This document shows, piece after piece, positions 53,301 to 61,700 of a DNA stretch of 64,000 nucleotides. This DNA is from a virus: positions 1 to 64,000 of IMG/VR virus record IMGVR_UViG_3300027749_000089; one strand, given 5' to 3'. The notes beneath the pieces were generated by a model. It was not told the origin of the DNA. It did no database searches and saw nothing but the letters and a program-made list of their open reading frames with translations. The position numbers and the translations under genes were made by a program. Each line of letters opens with the position of its first letter. The first letter of the stretch is position 1.

Positions 53301-54446
53301 TCTAATTTAACGGGCGGTATACCTGAAGGTATGACTAATTTCTCTAGACAAATAGGAATGGATAATGCAACTACTCAAGGTATTGCTGATACGAGTGGTT
53401 ATGGTGCTACACCTGGGTTAACACCATTACCAGGTGCAGGCACTATGGGTGGCGGTCCAGCTCCTTTAGCTGATAAGATAGGTCTTCCAGGTGAAGGTGG
53501 CGGATTCTTTGGTGGTATAATGGATTGGTTTAAGAACCTTGACTTCTCTAAAATGTTCGGATCTCTTGGCTTCGCTACGGGCGGTCAAATCACAGGTACA
53601 GGATCAGCAACTTCAGATTCTATTCCAGCAATGTTATCTAATGGTGAATTCATTGTTAACGCTGCGGCCACCGCAAAGAACTTACCTATGTTACATGGAA
53701 TTAATAATGGCAAAGTTGAGCATCACTTCTTAGGCGAATTAGCAGGTATTATATCTATTGCAAGCTCAGGTATGAGCGTTGGGCAACAAGCTGCGTCTCT
53801 GGCAGACGGTGGCGGAGGTGGCGGTGCAGGTGGCATTATGGGTATACTTTCAAAGATACTTGGTCCACTGTTCAAAATGATTGGACCATTAGCTAAAATA
53901 TTCCCCGCAATCGGAAACTTATTCGGTAATGGCGGTATGCTTGGAAGTCTATTTAGTAGTAGTGGAGCGAGTCCATTAGGTGCCGCAGGTGATGCATCAA
54001 TGGGCAGTATGTTCTCAGGTTCAAACCTTGGATTATCATTCGCTAAAAATGGTGGGTTATTCTTAGCAGGCGGTGGACATGTAAGTGGTCCAGGGACTAG
54101 TACATCTGATTCTATTCCAGCTATGTTATCTAGCGGTGAATTCGTAGTACGTGCATCAGCTGTAAGCCAACATCGTGATTTGCTACATCAAATCAATAGT
54201 GGACAAGTGCCAACATTTGCCACAGGCGGTGTAGTAGATGCAGCTGCTCCAGTGATGTCAACGCCAACAGCCAGTAATTTTAAATCAGTAACAACTAAAC
54301 CAGGCGCTAATAAAGGTCAACAAGTAATAAATCTCAATATAACTGGAGATATCTCTAGACAAACTAAATCAGAGATTTATAAAATGATGCCTTCTATTGC
54401 AGATGGTGTTAATTCTCAAAATAAAGAAACAGGATATAAAAGATAA
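44334..54446 (+). CDS. Tape measure protein (3370 aa) with internal lytic transglycosylase domain
   Basis: N-terminal tape-measure domain (QLGQGLSSGALRGEELNSVMEQAP), long hydrophobic stretch, SLT motifs AHES / GVGQF / AGYAAG near 50750-51050, three GGxxxGxGTxTSDSIPxMLSxGEF repeats. Confidence 0.92.
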   Translation: MSGIVIDVEAKIDKAQRDLNTLNNSVKNIEKSTSSVANAFDGLIASVGSLTALGSSLYFMQDIATSYRNMENQIKLVTNSTEAFTKTQEELYNITKETHSELKNSVSIYSTLGKSLSQAGISSERLVSATKTIQQSMSISGASAESANAAIMQLGQGLSSGALRGEELNSVMEQAPRLAQALADELHASLGEMRTLAAEGKLTTNVVFKALENQAGKINDQFSKLKPTLAQGTQALSQSLKNYFYEFDKGLGLTDLMGVRNAKLADKIDEAAKKAFILGNNIAIVALKYKNIFDYAQRPLRLQAEINFEKFKISLEQLGITAAFEHLGKNLEVLLNNIFNGLLDRFQARNKGIGSIISASVLDTFHDAMNLQALEMDSILNKLTRSIFNFVRNINATVTELKLKPLLFIDDLFNNILRGSQNLDFALTAITRFGKDVIHVFFNIYDKVIGNSWWTDTINTVINTSDSLWSNAKNGLTKFSKGVQNIFEGLYNDVVDIVDSFGSFDIKTIKIAIVVSRVEEFGRDIYTSLVSGITKFSKESPMLFQSIAAGLGAILVSMMFPVSRITLALEAALTTSALKSGAIFSESIGKDFLDESLFLSIGKKLGELTGKLVDNFIKQIPNLISALLGVISGFTRGFLEQIPIIGLAFKALFKIGDLTETSGPLGLVGGLLLGTMGLKLLSSIGIFSDQIEGIFVVARRVAMFFAGRGGLMSMLLFGGNRAFFTIGWAGLILDQMGAFDSLFENSGLMHLAIKGGLLAMALFGINGLRAIRAEIIIPILQSFRALITSFSWGTSLLSGLEAAIAGSGRGLLMRFVGMLAAMRRGMTDRLFAMTSGQSIIEALIFGSAGPIGLIGSWYSSIVGFFSRIGGLSIFNGIGPALASVSASMATLRASAGATGILSRFLFGPAGIAVVLAAISMFVSSVNAAEIELGGDKRQKKSWFEELKDSISSFNISKLFTGNPFQPLVDFWNDIDIVNTISQNVGTVISTTTASVGFFLFVFKSQVAQLLSVLFSAVNLSRVAIATSQAVSLIGIAASQIKGFIYSIGAAITSLNYVAMFSSLSGGLATFILSMRGILLSGMGAMAGAMAANLVGGSDWAALGAMIGAMIGLKISEAIGRAILTQAGLIIARAIAVVIGGLIALAIPIGLIGLWLFGDKQDLGKDLDDVIDKVKELMGMGSPTKNLTTGLSKEAQATAEKIGLSITYDLKKINPDLLSKTDKDRLDESIKSLDEVLVNGGKDLEAGIALSGSQLGEIQLKQLRTSNIANKDAAKTTFELKDFADSVLSANTSKPQDRFDVGLNWIKQASLDLKYNIEHAILSAKVKYPVFKSEDPLKNRLMLNNLEESRKYKYTAGAKELTDREFYMGRGIQSLALNGPEGPKIKEQMTLEAAKYTEIIKKLNDESSAYTAADRTMMEEYRNSSMTRMETLLKQQQYFQKESASIAKFNAELGNLASNFNTKNFEFKLDTNKLFAQDQEAYDRLFSLSKEAKKLGEELEKTSDISKRNSIILRIEEIRTVTTRQVEQANNLRNRAQFELKSIGEKAGVKVPSASEYLPTTAAEEFRTRLQSLQARRENIKTKPAAPAMYALGDIPKDSKEYTAYIDDFNKRNEAFKKAEINFKTESDAINTESIKIQNDIIESLKTNSDTKAQFLKDAAESVNIDLLQSISDFGLEQATDAIIKIAAKSNEVSDALANKDWGLAAKLNEEMKSMKLSIDHIDPKPLEDLLSVLNVTASKRDILGFSKTSFDLFKEAGKSVQEFDRAIKAGQDTLSQDSLNDLLSKRLMATEAAFNEMLKYANTTGEKMSQSFADIGVQDVGGLSNVSEGALKRLLSLQTMLAKLKHDAEKPMNLSEYKEYLKNLNLVNAALIKAKSVLATFSEKANTFREIFKVDLTDLDIASMADGLGMRLVEVAQTAKAALESAMKSDGGIFSDSTKQLAENLKDISDIGPYIKFFNDFKNNTEDSLTDGIKTSFEKVKAALPNFGLDFKQFGMLNKADRTTYTKQALESSTLDAIFTLNNLTQDQADIINKLGSGMPFDAMMTDLEKSFSETQTKAFDKFKSTPIDSLNTNLVDLKDTIIADIASRTIKTNEVVKTVEESKPNTNSVLRTDYKPLASFSKDTPDLLNTLVSQTVAKYPTINPNLIKGVIAHESAGRNVPTGILNKEGKPASTAFGVGQFLKGTAADLGIDRTNIESSIMGIGKYLSILGKAFGGNEFKMLAGYAAGEGGAKKGKGQQSAKEVLALVEKIKQDPNIEKQINANLLGTRDVSDTIKAAAANNAKIIVDAVAAPVTYEKPKSGEIDPRAKAEAFYTQKIRGIDKPFDTYKQILEGNQYGRMLSTPKEMLGKSLSPETLGMLSDIQTKFATGINEALLQAQQEFNIALATGTDTTTAQENITKYSEALKSFSDGVAADAKSIELSNMQAFSSANQNDITAFAEKFGGLGSDVSAAMTEMEKKTFNSMLIMKASLNAELIEKKKNSETTTEVARKIADLTDAENELKDKTVEMANAAREAGKTFASSITSSFKDAFKGLLNQNKDQRKSVLGTFGSKLMVDIKDQVVNMFTDSFTNTIGLGKGGVLSKVFNNAGKGISSMFSGIGSGVKNIFTGNMTWDKMTTGISSWWNGMTSSTDISNMSPEEIQMSAAEKFSAAVDKFAGGGGVVGNVAKAATSGGIGDMISSALPWLAGGAGVVGLGALLSGSGKGSWTEGISSLGSNFGAKFGGGTSDNGNPTELLNPVTGAFDKVGSSIADATAGIRQMTSPDTTTALGDVSTKSITQLGQSMQNSLPAAEVTGLWNILLLPITGLFKLISAGITGLMSLFGGNPGDSGAANGTNVSSNNDFVGPVKAATGGKITGAGTGTSDSIPTMLSNGEFIINAKDAKENMALLESVNNGKVIRRAAGGIIGGAIGVGSSVNSMMGGSPDLSKAMNIAGALGNLLNLFKTDPNDKLLAAAEHLEAAATALEAAVAAGGLGGGVGGGANAINSNLTGGIPEGMTNFSRQIGMDNATTQGIADTSGYGATPGLTPLPGAGTMGGGPAPLADKIGLPGEGGGFFGGIMDWFKNLDFSKMFGSLGFATGGQITGTGSATSDSIPAMLSNGEFIVNAAATAKNLPMLHGINNGKVEHHFLGELAGIISIASSGMSVGQQAASLADGGGGGGAGGIMGILSKILGPLFKMIGPLAKIFPAIGNLFGNGGMLGSLFSSSGASPLGAAGDASMGSMFSGSNLGLSFAKNGGLFLAGGGHVSGPGTSTSDSIPAMLSSGEFVVRASAVSQHRDLLHQINSGQVPTFATGGVVDAAAPVMSTPTASNFKSVTTKPGANKGQQVINLNITGDISRQTKSEIYKMMPSIADGVNSQNKETGYKR

Positions 54447-55078
54447 TGATATATGGTATCTGGGACGGGACTAAAGTTATTGCTTCTTTTGTTGTACCAA
54501 CGATAGTAAGAAGTAATCAACCAACGTTTTCATCAGATACCCTTTCATTAAAAAGAGTAACCTATAGACGCACAGCACAGAGATGGGAAATAGACTCGAA
54601 GCTATTTCCCCTTCATATGACCGCGCAAGACTTAATGGTTAGTTTTATAGTGAACGGGCACGGTGAAATAGTTCAAGCGGTAATGCCGCAAAATGTAGGT
54701 GCAAAAGCAGCAAAGACAATGACATTTCAAATAGGGACATCGTCAGCTGCTAGTGCATATGATTCAACAGTAACAATTGGAGCTGTAAGTAGCGGTAACG
54801 GAAAAGTAATACCTAAAGGTACATTTATTAGGTTTGCAGATCCATTACATACTAAGGTGTATATGTTGACTGCTAATGCTATTATTTCAGGCACGGCACC
54901 GACTACATTATATGTGTATCCACAATTAAGAAAAGCTGTACCTTCAGGTACAATTATAAACTATCAAGATGATGTTATCATCAATTTAAAATATGATACA
55001 GATACGGTTATTGGAATGGTATATGAAAATGGTATACTAATGGATAACGGTACAATTAAACTTATAGAGGCAGTATAA
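54446..55078 (+). CDS. Distal tail protein candidate
   Basis: Position right after the tape measure gene; AQRWEI...F......KVYM...YPQLR pattern. Confidence 0.6.
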   Translation: MIYGIWDGTKVIASFVVPTIVRSNQPTFSSDTLSLKRVTYRRTAQRWEIDSKLFPLHMTAQDLMVSFIVNGHGEIVQAVMPQNVGAKAAKTMTFQIGTSSAASAYDSTVTIGAVSSGNGKVIPKGTFIRFADPLHTKVYMLTANAIISGTAPTTLYVYPQLRKAVPSGTIINYQDDVIINLKYDTDTVIGMVYENGILMDNGTIKLIEAV

Positions 55079-55716
55079 TGATCTCATTCACCCCTAATAT
55101 AACAAAAGCATTAAATAGTGATGCAATCGAGTTTTTCTCATTAGTGCGAATAGAAAGAACCGCAAATGAAGTAGACCCAATACCTATCAATTTATATGCA
55201 ACTACTAGCCATTACAATGATATTCAATTATTAGTAAATGGAAGTCCTTCAAGTAAATATAACTATATTGCTGATGGTACATTATATGCAGTAGATCCTC
55301 CTCAAAACTCTTCAGTAGTTGACAGAGAGCAATATAAGATTGCATTTGCAGACCCTGACTTTTCAAAGCGAGGTGCAACAGAAGATAGCCTTATAGGTAG
55401 AGTTGTTGAGTGTAGATTAGGCTTTGTTGATTCAGACCCTAGTTCTCCTACTCACGGTAAACCTTTTTTAAATATAGACGACACTATTGTAGTGTACAGA
55501 GGAAGAGTAGATGGCGTCTCAGCTAGTATAAAGGTGGGAAGCTTAGGTGAAAGCATATTACAAATAACAGGCTCAAGCCCAATGCGTAATTTAGACATGA
55601 AAAAGCCATTCTTCTTGAGCCGTGAAAAGACTAAACAAAGGGAACCTCTTGATACTTCATGCGATCAAATTTATGAAGGTTCTACCGGTATCATTGTCAA
55701 GTGGGGGAGAAAATAA
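55078..55716 (+). CDS. Tail tip / baseplate hub-associated protein
   Basis: Position; YRGRVDG, and D.SCD...KWGR at the C-terminus. Confidence 0.55.
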   Translation: MISFTPNITKALNSDAIEFFSLVRIERTANEVDPIPINLYATTSHYNDIQLLVNGSPSSKYNYIADGTLYAVDPPQNSSVVDREQYKIAFADPDFSKRGATEDSLIGRVVECRLGFVDSDPSSPTHGKPFLNIDDTIVVYRGRVDGVSASIKVGSLGESILQITGSSPMRNLDMKKPFFLSREKTKQREPLDTSCDQIYEGSTGIIVKWGRK

Positions 55717-58700
55717 TGGGACTTGCATTAGCAGCCGTAATAATAGGCGCAATTTCCTTGATCTTGTCTGTTGTACAGATGATCATGGTTAAGAAGCCAA
55801 AAGGCCCAGATATGTCCGGAGTAGAAGCTCGTAAGGGTTACGAAATGGTTGTAGAGGGTAAACCAGATAATTTAGCGGTAGTATACGGCAGGGCAAAAGT
55901 AGGCGGAGTTAGAACTTATCATGCTACATCTGCGGTGTTCGAATATGTACCGTCTAACGCTGATAAATCATTTGTATCAGGTGTAGAAGGTAATTATAGT
56001 GGTAGTATAACAGAAGAAGTTTATAGCCCCCTCACAGGAGGTAAGGTAACTGTACTCAAAAGTTGGGAATCAGTAATTAATACACAACTAGATGAAACGC
56101 TTGAAGGTCAAAGAAATGAATTTTTATTCTTTGAACAAGCTATTTGTGTTGGTGAAATTAATGAAATTTATGATGTAATTGTAGATGAGTCTAAATACTT
56201 AACAGATCCAAGTCTAGGAACATACGGCAAACCTCAATATAGCTCTACCTATGACGATAACAATTCGCCTGAAGCATATAAATGGCATGATGTGACAAAA
56301 CCACGAGCAGCCTTTAGAATAGACTTGCATTACAGTTCAGATTTTCATCAAGAGCGAAGTGGCGGCTATGGCCAAGCAAATTCTATATTTACAGCCAATT
56401 TTGCTGATAGAAGAACAGCTACATTTACAGGAATGACATATGCAGCGTGCGTAATTAGAGTTGATAAAGATAATCCACAATTTAATCAAACTCCTAATTT
56501 GCAATTCTTAATAGAAGGTAGAAAAGTATACACTATAGATAAAGTCAATGATACGTATTCGCTATCAACTATTAGAACATACAAAAATAATCCATCATAT
56601 TGTTTATTAGATTATTTAATGAATGAAACTTTTGGTGGAAAGATACCTATAGATGAACTGGATTTAGAATCTTTTTATCAATCTGCCCAAATATGTGATA
56701 CTGTTGTATTCCCTAATGCAATTGCTGGTGGACGTATTTGGAATCCTTCAGAACCTGGTTCTCGTAATGGTGAAGATGGTAATGGTAAACGTAATGTACG
56801 ACTATACGAGTGTAATATTCTTATTGATACAAATAAAGCACTTCGTGATAATGTTGAAGAAATATTAGCAACAATGTCTGATGCTCGTCTTGTTTGGTCT
56901 CGAGGTCAATATAGACTATTATTGCAATACACAAATACAGCTGATGACCTTTTGACTGTTGCTGCTACTTTAACAGATGAAGACCTTGTATTAGACCAAG
57001 ATATTGAGATAACATATCCTTCAGCAAGCGATAGATATAATTGTTGTACAATTAAATTCCATAATGAAGCTAATGATTTTAAAGAAGATGCTGTAAACTG
57101 GCCTCATAAAGTTGTTGATAATACATTAAGAGGTTTTAGCGGAATTAAATATCCTTTAGCAGATTTCACATGGAAAGATGAAGGCAGTGGCCGTAGACTT
57201 TTAAATAAATATGGTGTATGGAATAGTACTACTAATCAACTTAATCAAGCAAATGGTTACGGACTCGTATATCATTTAATTGTTAACCCACATAATGATG
57301 GTGATGATTGGACATTAAAGTGCTATGGCGATGATATTATAGAAGTAAGAATTTACAATGTTGATGAAGTTACTGGAGTTAAAGAATTAATAAATGGCTT
57401 TCCAAAAACTGCAACATATGGACATTCAATGGGTATAGTAGAAAATGTACATTTACCTTCTTGGCACTGGTCTGGACCTAATTTAGATGTTAGAATAGAT
57501 AATGGTAGATATTATCGAATTGAAATAGATGGCGGAAGTATCAAAAGTGAAAAAGGTGTGGCAGCAGTAATTTATAATAGTACACGAATACTTTGGTCTA
57601 CGCGAGAAATAGCTTATCAAGGTGTGCAAAGACTTGATTATACAACTGCTATATACAATCAAATGAAAGAAGAAGATAATGGTCTTGAATTAGACTTAGA
57701 AACATCTTTTGCAGGTATTGTAGACTATTATCACGCTATATCTAAAGCAGAGGAATTAGTCAAGACTAGTCGAACAGCATATACAATTAAATTTAAATAT
57801 GTTATTAGAAATAAATATTTAGAACCTGGTGACTATATTATATTGGATAGTGAAACGTTAAATATTCGTTCATTAGCTAATAATGTTGCAAGCGAAGAGC
57901 GTCATACTTATTTTAGAATTAACTCTGTAAAAATATCTGAAGGCAATACGTGTGAAGTTGTAGCGCAACGATTCCATTGGACACAATTAGCATGGACTGC
58001 TAAAGACGGTGAGTATATTAGACCAACTAATAATTACTTAACAAAAATAGCAGCACCATCTGAGGTAGCTTTATTTAGAGACGCTTATAGTCAAAATACA
58101 TCAGGTACTTTACGATGGTCAGATGCTAATGAACCTGATTTTCTTAATTATATTATTTACATGTATGAGGGGGGTTCAGTAAGTGGCGTAGGTGTACCAG
58201 AATTCCATGAGATTGGAAGATCGACTATAAATGAATTTAAATTACCTAAGCTAAGTGTTAGTAGTGCTATCTTTGCTGTTCGTACTCAATCAAGAACAGG
58301 TTTTTCTAATTATGCTTATACTAGTACAACAGAAGCTGAAGTATTTACTACAGATACTTATGGATTTCTTGGATTGTTGCTTTCTAATATTTCTAATCAA
58401 CTTTCTTGGACTGCATTTAGTGTTTATAAAAATGGTGCTAAAGTTATTGATATTAGCGCAGGTTCATATACAGCCGAGATAAACTATAATAAGACACTTT
58501 ATATATATTTTGATACAGACCTAAGATTTTCATATGATATTAACAGCTTTAGAAATAAGCAATTATTAGGTACGTATGTATTTGGTTTAGTTGTACAAAT
58601 GCAATTAAGTTCTGTATATGCCCCTACTTCTATAAATATCTTAGGAAGAACAGATACAACTTTTAATACAAGAGATGCTGAAATTGTATGGAGCAACAAA

Positions 58701-61700
58701 GCTGAAGAGCCTATTCAACCTAGCCGTTATTTAGTTCAAATTTCAAATATTGATAATGTAACTAAAAAGTCTTATACAGTAGATACGCCTTCATTTAAAT
58801 TTACATATGACATGAATAAGGAACTGTTTGTAACAGCTTCCAGAATATTCAAAGTGAGAGTTTATAGTATTGATGCGTTAGGTAATATGACTCAAGGTTA
58901 TATTGAAGCTACTGTTGAGAATGCTGCACCATCTGTTACACAATTTAGTGTATCACCTAGCTTCAGAACAGCATTGGCTAAGGCAACCTTGGTATCAGAC
59001 AGTGATATTACAAAGTATGTATTTAAAAAATTCAGTGAAGCTAACCCTGGTGGAACGGCTGTAATTGTAGAGACACTAAACAACTATGCTAATATTGAAG
59101 CAACAGAAGGTATTGATTATTGGTATACGGTTACTGTGCATGATGAATATGGCGCAGGCACAGAGAGTGCTCGTGTAACAACACAATCAGTTAGTTTCTC
59201 TGGAACAATGAACACTGGTTCTATCTTTATCTATACACGTTCAGCTACTACACCATCTGTACCTAGTGTAAATGTTACATATACATTTTCTACTAAAGCT
59301 GTAACAGGGTTAAATAATAATTGGGCATTAACAGCTCCTACTGGTACTGATCAATTATATATGAGCATGGCGTCTGCATTATCTTCAGAGCTTACAGATA
59401 CTATTTTACCTACAGAATGGTCTGTTCCAGTTAAATATGAAATTAATGCTGTCAATTACCGTAGTGCAATGGTATATGCGTATCAAAGATCAGCTACAGT
59501 ATTGACAACCAACCCTGGAGATGTTACATATGATTTTACTAGTAATGCTATTACTACAGCTAATCTTTCTAATGGATGGTTGAAAGCTATTCCTAGTGGT
59601 TCAGATCCGTTATATATTATAACAGCTATTGCTAATAGTCAAACCAATACAGACACCATATCTGCAAATGAATGGTCTACACCGGTAATATTGGCTAAAG
59701 ATGGTGCTAAAGGTGAAAGTGGTTTAAACGCTGCTGTATTTGGTATTAATAATGCATCTTCTACATTTAATAAAAATGCTGCAGGAGTTCTTAATCCAGC
59801 AACTGGTATCGTATTAACTACTAGTTATCAAAACATAACTGGAACTATTACATATCAATGGCAAAAGAATGGTACAAATATTAGTGGTGCTACAAGTAGT
59901 TCATATACTGTACCTACAACCGATTATGCTAGTGTAACAACTAATGCGTACAAATGTATAATTACAGGAACTATAAATGGTATAGCTAGTTCATTAAATG
60001 ACACAATAACAATCCCACTATTAGTTGATGGTTCATCTTCACCTGTAGTTGTTTTGTCTAATGATAATATTACAGTACCTGCCCCTAATACTGGCTATGC
60101 CGGAATTAACTTTAGCAGTGCTGGATGTTCTGTACAAGCGTATATTGGTACTAATGCATTGGCTTATAGCGCAACAGGTGGTGCAAATACATTTAAAGTA
60201 ACATTGGCTACAACTGGTGTTACAGTTGCCGCTAATACAAATGCAAGCATCCCTGCTCCAACAGCTATGTCGGCTGATGTAGCATACACAGATGTCACTG
60301 TAACAATATATGATTCAAGCAATACTGCTCTGACGCCAATAGTGCAGAGAATTACGTATTCCGTTAGTAGAACAGGCAATACTGGTTCAGCTGGCGATGC
60401 CGTTGATATCATATTCATTCGCAGTGCTTCACAGCCGTTAGTTCCAACAGCGTCTACAAGTACTCCAACTAATTGGTATTCTGACGTAGCGTCTGTACCA
60501 GCTAGTGCAAATGCTTTATGGTCAAGTGTAGGGATTAAATCAACAGGCTCTACTACATACACATGGGATACTCCATCAAGAATCGAAGGAGCAAGTGTAG
60601 CAGAGGTTACAGTATACACTCGTGGTGTGCCAACTACAACACCTACAGGTGGTAGTTATACATTTGGTGCTGCAAGTCCTTTGACAACTGTACCTACTTC
60701 AACAGGTGCTACATGGTCAGCTTCAATACCGACAGGTACTGCCGCTGTGTATACATCTCGTGCTGTGGTAAACACTGCTGCAGGAAATACGAGTGCTGTA
60801 ACAATTACTGGATGGTCAATACCTGTTATTAGTTTACAGAATGGTGTAGATGCTATTATTGTTGATTTATTATCTGAGTCGGATATAACTCCAGCTAATA
60901 ATGATGGAACAGATTACAACTTACCTCCTAGCAATAATTTAAAGCTCTATTCAGGCGGTACAGTTGTCACAAGCGGTGTTACATACTCTGGTGGTGGTGC
61001 TAAAAACGGATTGACAGCTTCTATTGATACTGCTGGCGTAATTACATTCACGGGAGCCTCTTGGACAACTGATAGTGAATCCTTTACATTTACAGCTACA
61101 TATAATAGTGTTGCGTATTCAGCTATTTATACATATGTTAAATCTAAAAAGGGTGCTGCAGGTGTTGTAATAGATCTTAAATCAGAAACAGATGCTGTAT
61201 TTGCAGCCAATGACGGAACAGTTTCTACGTTACCAAGTGGCAATGCTGTATTAGTATATGAAGGTGGTACATTAGTAACTACTGGAATTACTTATGGTGT
61301 AACTGCTGCAACTCTTAATGGATTAACTTTAAGTGTAAATACATCTGGTATAATATCATTAACTCAGACAACTTGGACAAGTGATAGAGAAGTATTTAAC
61401 ATTACTGTTACATATAAAAGTACTACTTATAATGCTTTATATAGTATTGTTAAATCTAAAACAGGTGCAAAAGGTGCTGATGCTGTACGCGCAGATTTAT
61501 TATCAGAATCAGATGTAACTCCAGCAGATAGCGATGGGAAAAATTATTCATTACCTCCTGCAAATAATTTGAAATTATATGTAGGTGCTGCTGTTCAAAC
61601 TACTGGTGTCACGTATTCAGTTAGTGCGGCAGTATCAGGATTAACTGCAGCTATTGATACAAGTGGCACTATAACATTCAGTGGTACATCTTGGGCTAGT

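Noticed and set aside
53303-53314. Reverse-strand partial motif (TAATTTAACGGG)
   Set aside because: Only 12 of 19 nt match, inside the tape measure coding sequence and in the opposite orientation; plausible by chance in AT-rich DNA.
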